A stretch of DNA of 64,000 nt, taken from Sphaerodactylus townsendi (Eukaryota). The stretch covers positions 72,788,001-72,852,000 of the forward strand of contig NC_059426.1 in assembly GCF_021028975.2 (NCBI RefSeq), written 5' to 3'. Below the pieces are notes generated by a model. It was given only the letters and a program-made list of their open reading frames with translations, did no database searches and was not told the origin of the DNA. Within the stretch, counting starts at the first letter, position 1; each line of letters opens with the position of its first letter. Positions 40,377-52,300 of this stretch are shown piece after piece. The translations under genes were made by a program, and so were the position numbers.

Positions 40377-43300
40377 TCAGTAATGGAACAGTGTTGCACC
40401 AGCTGCATCTGAAGCCCCAGCCCATAACCGGCCTCCCATATCAGCCACAAAAAACTTGTTATTAGATGCTTTGATGATAATACAAGTGGAAGATGCAAAC
40501 TGGATGGTAAAATTGCTTGGTTGGTCACTGGTTACCATAACTTGCCCATCTTTATCCAGAGCCCAGTAGTTGCTGCCTACAGGTCAAATATCAGAGTTAG
40601 AAAGATATGTGACAGGCATTGTATAGAAACGTATAAGTTTTCAAAACAATTGTCTACTTCACCATTATCATTATATTATGCTACAAATGGCATTTATTTG
40701 GGATAGGATATTCAGTAGGACTTATTTAAAGGGACAGGAGGAAGAATATTAGTTTATTCTTAGCTAGGTTCAGGCTGTGTAGGGCCAGTGACACTAGAAG
40801 AGAAGGAAATATTGGCTTAATTGTAGGGTTACACTCACTCCACGGGAAGGGCTATGTAATTTTTTTGTGTAATCTGTTGGTTCCAACTGAAGGCAGTTCC
40901 TCTGCCCAGAGTTTGAACAGGAAACTTAAAATATCAACTTTTAACATATTTATGGGATACATAGCAGAAAAGGAAGCAGAAGGGAAACCCTTTTGGGGGG
41001 TATTATTTTATTTAATCTGCTATCTGTACTAGACAGGCAGTGTGATATAGTGGTTAAAAGTGGCAGGCCCAAATCTGGAGAACCAGGTTTGATTCCTCAG
41101 TGCTCTACATGAAACTTGCTGGGTGACCTTGGGCCAGTCACAGTTCTCTCAGAACTCCCTCACCCATGTAGAGGCAGGCAAACCACCTATGAATGTCTCT
41201 TGTCTTGAAAACCCTACAGGGTCACATTCCCAACTCAATGTAATTGCTACAAGGTATATGCTTGCTATATGTTACCACTGCCATTCTGGGGCATTCTTCC
41301 CTTGATCTTTATTTTATGGCTTCACACACTGAGTAGATTACTTGGCGTTTTTCCCTGACACTTTGGTGTTATGAGAACCGAAATTGTTTCCATTATTTCG
41401 TAGGGTTAGGATACCAGGTGGGTCTCTATCTGTTGCTGATCTTGGGGCCCCTCAGTTCCACACTAACTATTTCTCACAGTTCTTGGGAAGATGGGAGGGG
41501 GGACTAACATCAAAATAAAAGGAATAGCAAACTCCAGGTTCAGCAGAACTGGCTTTAGCAAGCTGGGGGCTTCAATGCCTATCAATAAACACTGCTGACT
41601 AACAATACAGAGTCAGTTTATTGCTTCAAGGTCCAAGACCTAACACTGAAGCAGTAGATATGTGCCCCACTGAAACTGGCATTTATTGTGATTTCTAACC
41701 AGAGTGGGCTTGCTGCTCATCAGGTTGAAACCAGGATATTTTCAGTGGAAGGAGTGGTGAACTCCACGAAAGAGTGGGATTTGAACATTCTTCTGATGAA
41801 CTCTATGACAGACATGTCCAGAGATGGTTTCTGTATAGGACAGTGTGATGTTCTGGACCCTGGTCAAAAGCATTAGTTTTGCCAACTTTTTGATGCAAAA
41901 GGGATGTATGGCTTCTTGTAAATAAAAACAAAATAATTGTTGGCCTTGGCTGTTGCTGATCATTCTCACATGAATTACTGTCTGATAGAGACAGCTTTTC
42001 ATTGTTCTTCCCCCAAGAGAGATGGCCAGATTTTCCTGCTGATGGGATGGAAGATGGAGATTCAGGACGTCCAGGTAAGATATACAAAGGCAAATGTGGG
42101 CCACTCAAGCAACCATGAAGATTCTTAGGGTCCAGAAAAGTCCAGCAAAAAGAACCATTCATGAAAGTGCTGGGAACCTAAAGTATCTCCTGAATGAAAA
42201 CACAGCAGCAGGTTTCCATCACATCAACTGAGAAAAGGAATTCCCCTTGAAGGAAAACCTCTGTGATAGTCCTCAGGGCTTCTATGTGAATTTTCCTTTT
42301 CCTAATTAGCTTGTTAAGTAGATGTCTGAGTTCTTAGATCATTCTCAATAAAGAAAAGGGGGCACCTGAGAACTTCTGTTCAAATAGCTGGAAGATGGCT
42401 GATGGTTTGGAGAATCCTGATATATTTATCTGCATTTCTGGACTTTAATCTGTTGGCTGGTCTTTAAAGCAGCATTGGCAGCAATAGACCAGATGTAGAA
42501 TGCTGAGGCCTTATGTACACTATACAGAGTAAGATCAGCTGCAGAAGGTGACAAGTGGCAACGGCTGATAAAGAGATCTGAAGCATGTGAAAGCTCTGAA
42601 CGGATCCTTGCTATGGTGCAAGGCAAGGGTATATAGATTTTTGCAGCTTTCTGATTCTACCTGGAAGTGGTTCTCCAGTGCAAGTAGGAGGTGCAAGCTT
42701 TCACAAAGATATTCTCCTCCACTGATGGAGAAGAACTTATTGGGTGCTGTCTTCTCCTATTTCAGGCACTTTGGGATAGAGGATCACCAGCCCTTTCCTG
42801 ATTCCCTCCCAATTACCCGCTTGTTCTCAGCCTTACCTTGCTCTAGCGCAAAAGGTTGCACCAGAAGTGCCCTCGCTTCCCCCGCAGAAAGCGAGAGGCA
42901 TTCGTGGGGCAAGAGGAAGCACTTTGGACAGGAAATCTTGGCCTGGTGCGCCTCCTTTCTCAGCACGCTGCAAAAAGGAAGTGCATTGGGGCAAGATGTC
43001 ACACCACATGTCAGAATGCCGGTAGGTAATTGGCCCCTTTGATACCTCAATCTGAGAATTAGTTAAATGTAAAGGAAAAATGTTGGTTATTAGGTACTTG
43101 TTTCTATCTACAGCAACAATCTAAGTGTTCTGTTCTAACTATCCTCTACTAGTAGTTGCTACACAGTTTGTAAGGATAATATCTTTCTCTTCACACAGAT
43201 AGTTTGGGAACCCCTGCCTTTATAAAGAAATTTGGGTCAGTCGGGATTCTCTCTTTCCCCTCCCTCACCCGAGTATACCAACCAATTTGGAAGTTGTAGT

Positions 43301-46300
43301 AGCCTTCTTCCATGAGCGACAGGCTGCTGGCAACATAACTGACGCAGTTTGCTTCGAGGCGCTTCATGCCAGAACACAGGCCCACATACCCAGCATTAGT
43401 GTGTAGCACCAGTAGTGGCCGGTTTACCAGCACCATCAGGAAATCTTCAATCTTACCTGCAAGTGCAAGACAATGTACAACCTTGACAATGTTCATCTGC
43501 TGCAGAGAGCAGGGCAAAGCAGATCTGGAAGGCTTAAACATGGTTCAGTTACCCTCCCTTTTTGCAAGACAGAAATGTTTTTCTAAGGGAAGTGCCAGTT
43601 TTAATGTTGGAATTTGGGAAAAGGCTGTGATTGCCCTGCAGTGAGGAACTGAATGGGATAGGGGACAATGTGTGCATTACTCTAGCTAGCATTTACAATA
43701 GCTTCCTCTAGATTCTTACACAGTTGAAGGTGCTAGTTTTGATCAACTGTGACTGATATCCCAAGCAACAGGTAGGCACAGAAAACTAGAGAAGTGCCTA
43801 ATAGATATCCAGAATTATGAAATTCCTCTGACTGCCCCTCCAATCATAGGCCATAACAGGGGAGGAGCACTTTGCAGCAGGAGAACCCACCCAGAGCTCT
43901 CCGGGGGTGGACGGTATAAAAGTCAAATAAAATAAAGAAATAAATAAATATGCTAAGAAAGCAGCGGGGAAAACCCACTGCAAAGCATACAGCCTTGCAG
44001 AAAACTGGAAGTGCATAAAAGCCCACATAGAAGCAATTTTAACCCCATGTTGTAGGCTGGCTGGCTGGCTGTCTGTCAGTGGCCAGCGTTGTGTCTAGGG
44101 AAGGACAGAGCTTTTGTAAGTCTCCTTTGTGCTAGCAGAGCTCAATGAAGCATGAATATGTTATTGTTAGTCCCAGTTTAAGGGGGGTGTATGTTCAAGA
44201 AATGTAAATAATTCATCTTGTTTGATGGCAGGATTCTACAGCTGTCAGTACTCATTTTACTCACCTCGGAAGGATGGAAGGCTGAGTCAATCTTGAGTCA
44301 GCTACCTGAAACCGACTTCTGACAGGAACTAACTCAGGTCATGAGCAGAGCTTGGACTGCAGTACTGCAGCAAGTGCCAGCTTTAAATTGAGAGAAGCCC
44401 CTCCCCATCTCCCACCCTCAGAAATCAATACAGAAATCAATGTTAGTGATGAGCTATTGGCTTAAGACAGTATTACTTTGAAATGGAATGCAAGGAAAAT
44501 TACTGAAGGATTTTTAGAGACTACAGTGTATTATGACGGCATGTATAAGAATGGCCTATGGCAGTGTCAAAAATATTATACACCTTGGCTGGAGGCCCCT
44601 AAGATTTGAAGGGCTTAGGCTTCAGCCAACTGAGCCTATAGGTAAATCCGGCAGTGACTGCAGCTTACTACTCTGTGCCACGAGGCACCAGTTGCTGGCT
44701 GAAAACGAAACATCCAAACTCTTGGACCTCTGACCTAGCACACAGTCTAAAGACTGTTTAAATGTCATTAAGAAGGGATAGCAATTTCTGCCCTGTGCCC
44801 CCTTCTCATAGCCTTCAAAAAAGTTGTACCTGGGCACCACCAGACATTGAGAAAGAACAGTCGTGGGAAGGAGATATTAGGTAGACATCAAGAAAACGTG
44901 AGTGCTCTTGTCTTTAAAATGTGCTGTTGGCCATTTCTACCTATTATTAGATTTTAAAAATGTATTTGTGTATAACTCTTCCCCATTTAAAGCATTAAGC
45001 TACTGCAACCTAGGAAGTGAAGTTCACTGGCTTCCTTCAATTAAGGCCAACAGAAAGGAGAGAAGAGCCCTTGTATACCAATTCTATGCCCTCCAAACTA
45101 TCTAAAACCACCTTCACATGTAGCAGTATGCCATTACTCCTCACACTCTGTACTCCAAGAACTACCAAGAGAAGGGAGAACTAAAGGTACAAAATTCCAG
45201 CACCCATGTCCTTATGGAATCTTCAAAGGCAGGGAGCTAATTTGTTTTCCTATAGCATTTTGATTGGGACTATAACAACCCTGGTGGTATAACAACCCTG
45301 GGCGCCCATGACAGCTATTGGTACCGATTCATGCTTGCTTGTTTCAGCATGTCCTGTGCTCACAAGAGAATTTCTCTTCCACCTTGTACCTGCAGCTTTA
45401 GGAATTGCCATGAGCTGTCCATTGGGCCGCATAGACACGTATTTGTCACCTATAGTCAGCATCACCTTCTGGTCCTGATACTTGAGTTCAAACCAGACAT
45501 TCCTATCTTTTTGTTTGCTGCTAACAATACAGTCGTTGGGACCCTGCAAAGAGGAAAACAATGGGTGTAAAAGCCTCCCTTTGTTCTGTATCTCACCTTG
45601 TCTACTGTAAATTTCCTACATGGTTCCTCCAGTTCTGAGAACATTCTCATTTTTTACTGTAGAGTACTTGGTTCTGCATCAGGGTTACAAAAGAACCTGA
45701 CTGTGGTCAATTCAACACTCTCGTCTGCCCAAAGTTTAGGGACGGCTCTTGATTCTGAGTGGGCCAGGCTGGCCAGACACCTGTTTCACTTAAGACTGTG
45801 GAACTACATTGGACTCAGTCTTGTTAAAATAACAAGACAGTATTCTGTCCCTTGGCCTCTGGCTGTCTGGGTAGTTAAGGGGACTTGTGGCAACACTTCA
45901 CATCTTTTGTTTGTCTTGCTCAACACATCAATTTTAAACAGGGCCTTGGCCTTAAGGTCTTTTGACAGTGCCATTTATCAGATAGATTGCTTATGACAGC
46001 TTGTCCCTGACTGTCAACAGAACTTTGAGGCTACATAATGGTAGAAGATTGAAAAACATATTTTGAGAAGAATTCCACAGAGATCTAGTGGCATCTTATA
46101 TCTTTTTTAAAATGTGGTCTGTTTAATACAGGGCCCTCTTGTTGGGTATGTCTTATAATTTGAAATTCAAATATAAAAAGTTTAAAAAGACTAACAAAAT
46201 TTATTCCACTTATGGGTGCTGTGTGGTTTCCGGGCTGTATGGCCGTGTTCTAGCAGCATTCTCTCCTGACGTTTCGCCTGCATCTGTGGCTCTTTGTAAT

Positions 46301-49300
46301 GCTCCCAATACCCACTCATCTGTTAGTTGTAACTCTAAGTATTAATAACTGATCCTCCAACTCACAAAAGAAAAAAATGTTAAATTTTAAAGTAATCACT
46401 GGGCTCCTGTTTTATTATTCTTTGGAAAAAAAACCTGCCTACATGACCCTTCTCCACATCTCCAACCTCTTGTAGGAATAGTTTAAGAAGTCTCTCAATG
46501 AGGATCACCTGCTGGTCAAAGATTATCCATCAACAGGAATGTTCACATGAAACCATCATTCTCTTAACTTACAGGGCACAGAAACGCAATTATTAGTTTT
46601 ATGCCTGGTCAGGAAGAAAAAAGGACACCTGTTCCTTTGTCCTAATATGTGTAGGTGAGAGACAGTTTAGAGTAGCTGCTCTTGCCTAGTTCAAGTCATT
46701 CCTCACAACAAGCAGACTAACTCACCAAGGCCATATATGTGCCACAGTAGCCACGGAAGCAGACTCTCTTTGTATCATCATCAAACAGTACTTGGAAGAT
46801 CTCTGTGTTCCCGACAGCCATGGCATTGGCATACAGGTCAGCACCTGGAGGGTCAGCAGAACAAAAGGCTCAAAGAGGCAGCCCCAGATCGAAGTAGTTT
46901 CACATGTCATTGCTGCCCCTTGCTGGCCAAAGTCAGACTTACTGCAGTGCTCATAGTCATGTAGAATGGAATAGAAGTTTATATTTTACATGTTACTATT
47001 GTCAAGATCAGGGGTAGGGCCATGCAATTGGCCATGCTGGTAGGGGCTGATGGGAATTGTAGTTCCTGAACATCTGGAGAGCCGCAGGTTCCCTACCCCT
47101 GGTCAAGATATTTATGAGACCATCCATAGAGAGGTTTAAGTGAACACAGCAGATCTGACCTTGGATTTCAAATCCTTGTGGACTAAATGCCATTCCCACC
47201 AGTAATGAATGTGAATACTAGCAGAAAAGCCGACTGTGCTAAGTAATACAGTGGGCTCTAGACAGGGCAGGGGACTGGGTAGCCCCCCCTCCCCCGCCCC
47301 GGCCCTTGCTTCTTGGCAGGCTGGTGCCAGGCCAGGTTGGAGGGCAGTCTTTCCCACCCTGCCTGGCAGGAGTTGGAATGCAAGGAAGCAGAAGTGATCC
47401 TTGTGTGCAGAGCCGAACCAGCTAGGATCACGTTCTCTCCCTCCCCCGCAGGATCTCCCTCTCCCTCGCAGGATCATGTTCTCTCCCTCCCCCACTTGTT
47501 TCCCAATCGCGGCAGGAGTTGGGAAGCAAAGAAGGGAAAGCAATTCTATGTGCAGAACTGAACTAGCTAGCTAGCTAGGCTCTGTTCACAGGATCGCGTT
47601 TTCTCCCCTATCTCCTTGCTTCTCAGCCCCAACAGAAGTTGGGAAGAAAGGAAGGGGAAACGATTGGGATCTTCCCCCGCCTCTCCTGTCCCAGAGGTGT
47701 GTGGGGGTGGGGGGAGATAGAGTGGGTGTTTGGTAAGAATGGAATGTGTGGTGATTGGGTAGTATTCAGTGGTGAGATTCAAATAATTTAACAACCAGTC
47801 CCGGTGGTGGGATTTAAATTATTTAACAACTGTTTGTTAACAAGCACCATTTTAACAACCAGTTCTGCCGAAGTGGTGCAAACCTGCTGAATCCCACCAT
47901 GGGTAGTACTGAGTCATCGCCACATGTTCCATTCTTAACAAATCATATCTTATAATGACAAAAACTGGTCTATGGCTGTAAATAAATGATGATATTGTGA
48001 GTGGCTAGTTGATTTTCTCTTAGTCTCATTTTTCCATTGATGTATGAGGAATAAAAGCTCAATGAGAAGAAGTCTAAAACGTGTACAGCGCAATCCTGAT
48101 CTGGGAGGTAGCCAGGGACAACGCTGTGGCAAGTCAGAGGAAACAAAAATCCTCCCCAGCTACCTTAAGTCTGTCTTCCTTAAGCTTCCTTAAGTCTGTC
48201 TTCCCCATCGCCAGTGTTCTCAGGGCCAAAGCCCTTTGGAAGCCAACTAATCTCACCCCAGCCTCTGGGCACGCCCTAGGGCAGGGGTCTGCAACTTGTG
48301 GTTCTCCAGATGTTCATGGACTACAAATCCCATCAGCCCCTGCCAGCATGGCCTTTAGCTATTCTGCCCCCCACCCAATCCTTTAGCTATTCTGCCCCCC
48401 ACCAAATCTAGATTGGACTGCCTGTACACTTTCCCATCACATTAGGGCAGACTGGCTCCTAACTTACTGGGAAAGTTCCTGGTGGGATGCTGCCCTGGAA
48501 AGTCACTGGGGGACAGCAACAAGCAAAACCAACCCAAGTAGCCACATCAGTTAGATCCTTCATCAGCAACTGTGTTTGGTGTTAGCTCACCAGCAGTTTC
48601 TTTCTTTACCAGAACTGGCTGGCAGCAATGCAGCAACTAACACTGGTGGCCAGGTCTGCACTGAGTGGGATCTGCAGTTTTGGCATGCAACGCTGCCAGA
48701 GACACTGTGCCTGGAATTTTTTCTTAGGGTTTTCTGCCAATCCTTTTTACACTTCATTAACATAGCTACTAAAGCACAAAAAATGAAAGAAGTGTATACA
48801 GTATTAACACAAAGACAACCCTCTTAAAATATTATACTCATACACAAACACACTTATTAGAATCATAGAGTTGGAGGAGACCACAAGTCCAGCCCCCTGC
48901 CAAGCAGGAACACACAATCCAAGCACTCCCAACATATGTTCATCCAGCCTCTGTTTAAAAACTTCCAAAGAAGGAGACTCCACCACTCTCTGAGGCAGCG
49001 AATTCCACTGTAGAACAGCCTTGACAGTCAGAAAGTTCTTCTTAATGTTTAAGTGGAATCTCTTTTCCTGCACCTTGAACCCATTACTCCATATCCTAGT
49101 CTTTGAGGCAGCAGAAAAGTCATCGATAAAATATTGAATAGCACTGGGTCCAGGACAGAACCCTGTGGCACTCCACTACTCACTTCTCTCCTGGATGAAA
49201 ATGAGCCATTGATGAGCACTCTTTGCTTTCGGCCGGTCAACCAATTACAAATCCACCTAACTTGACATAACTGTAACTTGTATGTGAGTACACATTACTT

Positions 49301-52300
49301 GGCATAACTGTAACCTGTATGTGGATACACGACACACAACCCCTTTTTGATGACATACCTCAGAAAAAACTAGCGTCACATTTGAGATAATAGTGTATTT
49401 TGTTACAGAAAATGGAGATACAAATTCAACCAGAAGTTCAGGGACCACTGAGCTTGGCTTGCTCTGGACTATTAACTTCGCAGTCCACACCTGCATGGTA
49501 CCAGCTCAGCTGATACATGCCCCAAATCTTCACAAACACAATACAGCACAGGCAGTGTCGACTTTTTGATCTCACCTGGCCTACAGCAGATGAACTTGTT
49601 GGTAGAAGAGGAGCGCAGTGACACCTGGGCAGGGCTGGCTTCTATGCTGAAAAGTTCATCTCGTCCAGGCTTGTCCATCTTTGCTGTTTTCATGATACCC
49701 TCACGTGTAGACAAGTATCTTCCTCCTTCATCCCGCAGGGCCACCAAACCATTGTTCAGTTCCAGGGAATACAGAGTTTCTGGGGTGACATCTGGCACCA
49801 GTGAGCCATCAGGAGCCAACAGTTTGCCACTCCCAGTCCTCAATCCATACTTCTTCACTGAAGACAAAGGCAGGAGAGGCAATGTGAGAGAACAGGCACT
49901 TACTCCCAGAAAACAGTTTTCAAAGAAATGCCCACAAAGTAACATGATGCCCAATCGTCACTTCACTGTAGTTTTAAAGCAGAGATGCCCTGGAACTGCC
50001 CTATACCTAAACACTTCCTGGCACCCATACTGGTTCTTTTCTCCTGTAACCTTTCCTGTAGTCAGTGATGTAGCTATAGATTTTTTATGGGGTGGGTTCG
50101 GGAGCGTGGCCAACCCCCACCCACCCCTGGGACGTGGCCACACCTCCCCAAGCTCTGCCCCCCGCCTCAGTGCTTATAAAAGCAGCTCTCTGAGGCCGGG
50201 GACTGCAGTCTCTTCTCCCCGGAGGGGAGGGAAGAAGGGACTGCCAGCTGGGAGCCCAGCCGGCGGGGTAGGGGGCAGCAGAGCTTTGGACGTGTAATGG
50301 GCAGGGGGTTGAACCCAGGAAACTCCCCCCCCCCTTTACCTACATCATTACCTGTACTGTTCCTCTCATCCACTGTCTCTGGAATCCTTTCTAAGACAGT
50401 GCATTAGGTCTTAGTCTCTTGTTTTAATGCATTACTTGAAATTCCCTATTCTTCCAAATAATTCCAGAGGGATAGGCATGGTAGTCTGTTTTGTTTATGC
50501 AAAGAATCCTACCAGCCTTTCTGCTTACTGTTGCACAATTCCCTTCCTCACAGCAGTGTTCTATCCCTGATCTCTGTCTATGTGACTCCTATGCTATGAC
50601 CCCCCAGCATGGCCTTTTTGGTGGTCAAAATGTTACCCTTTCCGCTCACTTTTCTGACCTGAACAATCACAGTTCTTCAACAATCGAATTTCAAAGAAAG
50701 AGTCCAGTGCAAAACAGTTGAGTTGAGATTTTTTCCAAAGTTTTTTTACTACTTCTGCCCCTAAGGAGACCTAGGAGCCTTATCTCATTATACTATGACT
50801 ATTTCATGAAACCTGTGATCCTTAACAGATGTTACCTAGCTTACCAATACTGGTAGACTGCCTCTGTATTTTGTCCTGATCAGACTTCCGTTTTACGTCA
50901 TTGTGTTTTGCGGTGTACTTACTTAAAACATTAATTAGCTGTCATTCTACCTTGTTGCACTCAAGGTGGCTTACAATAGTAACAAAACAATGGTTATGAA
51001 ACACACAAAAGATAACAGTTTGAAATAGCAGTCAGGACTGCCAGTAAAAGGAAACTGAGAATCAGTCAAATGCAACCCTAAACGAAACTGACTTCAGCTG
51101 CCTCCTGAAGATCAAACATGAGGGGGTCAGGCTTTACTGCATTTCATGATTCTGTGATCCTGCTGCTTGTTTTCTCAAACCTATAAGAACTTAACAGAAA
51201 GTGAGGATTCAGTCAGAGAACCTGAAGAAGTAGGACTGCAGAAGCTTATGATTAATAAAATGTTTACTGTTTCCAGTGCCAAAAGACTCCTGTTGATATT
51301 AGGTACTTGTGAAATGGGAGTTCATCTTTGTTCTGTCCCACTGGGGTGCTAAACTTTGTATTAGTCTTCATAGAGCCTATTTTTTTGCTATTGATTTGGG
51401 GCAGATCATGACATAAAAGCTAGACATTCCATCCCCAGTCCAGATACAGCTGGGAACAACACAAATGCAGCAGTTGAGAACTCCCGTTAGTTCTGAATGT
51501 CGACACATTGCTTCATTGGTACTATAGCGGGAGACTGCAATGAATGCCTCACACTTGAATGTGCTTCAGAATACAGATGTGTGTTGACGTTCCATATCAT
51601 GCATTTGGTTCTACTCCAGGTTGGATCCTGTGCAAAAGATCATCATGTACAACTTAGTGTGTGTGTGTGAAATGACACAATAATTGCCAATCCCCCCGCC
51701 CCATGACATCCCCCTATATCAGGGGTGGCCAGCCTATGGCGCACCAGATGTTCATGGATTACAATTCCCATCAGCCCCTGCCAGCATGGTGCTGGTAGGG
51801 GCTGTTGGGAATTGTAGTACATGAACATCTGGAGTGCCATAGGTTGGTCACCGACCCCTGCCCTACATGCTGCTTTTGGGAGTCCTCTGTTCCCCAGAAA
51901 CAGCATTTGTGAGGGCAGTTTGGTCTGCTGTAGGATTACAGAAGTTGCTTTTCTATATATGGATCTTTTTGACAGGATCATGATTTGCAGTTAAACACTG
52001 ACTATCAAGTTACCCAGGCTACTTAGTGCTGTTGAATACACTGACATCTGTGCCATCCACAGAGATTCCTGGGTAAACAGAATTTGAATTCACCTGGTAT
52101 GGGGCAGAAAAATTTCCTTCTTTCACCATTGTTTGTCTCCGACTGAAGACCTATTGAGGAGATGCAAATGACTCAAGCTTAACTTATTTACATATCAAAA
52201 ACATGGACTGATGGCTTGAAATGTGCCCAGATACACTAGCAACAGGTCTTTAATAATTTGGTTTCATGTATACACTATTAAGTTATCTGCCCTCCTCCCA

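Noticed and set aside
49566-50297. 243-aa plus-strand ORF, the longest in the track
   Set aside because: Antisense shadow of fascin exon 3 running into a GC-rich MITE
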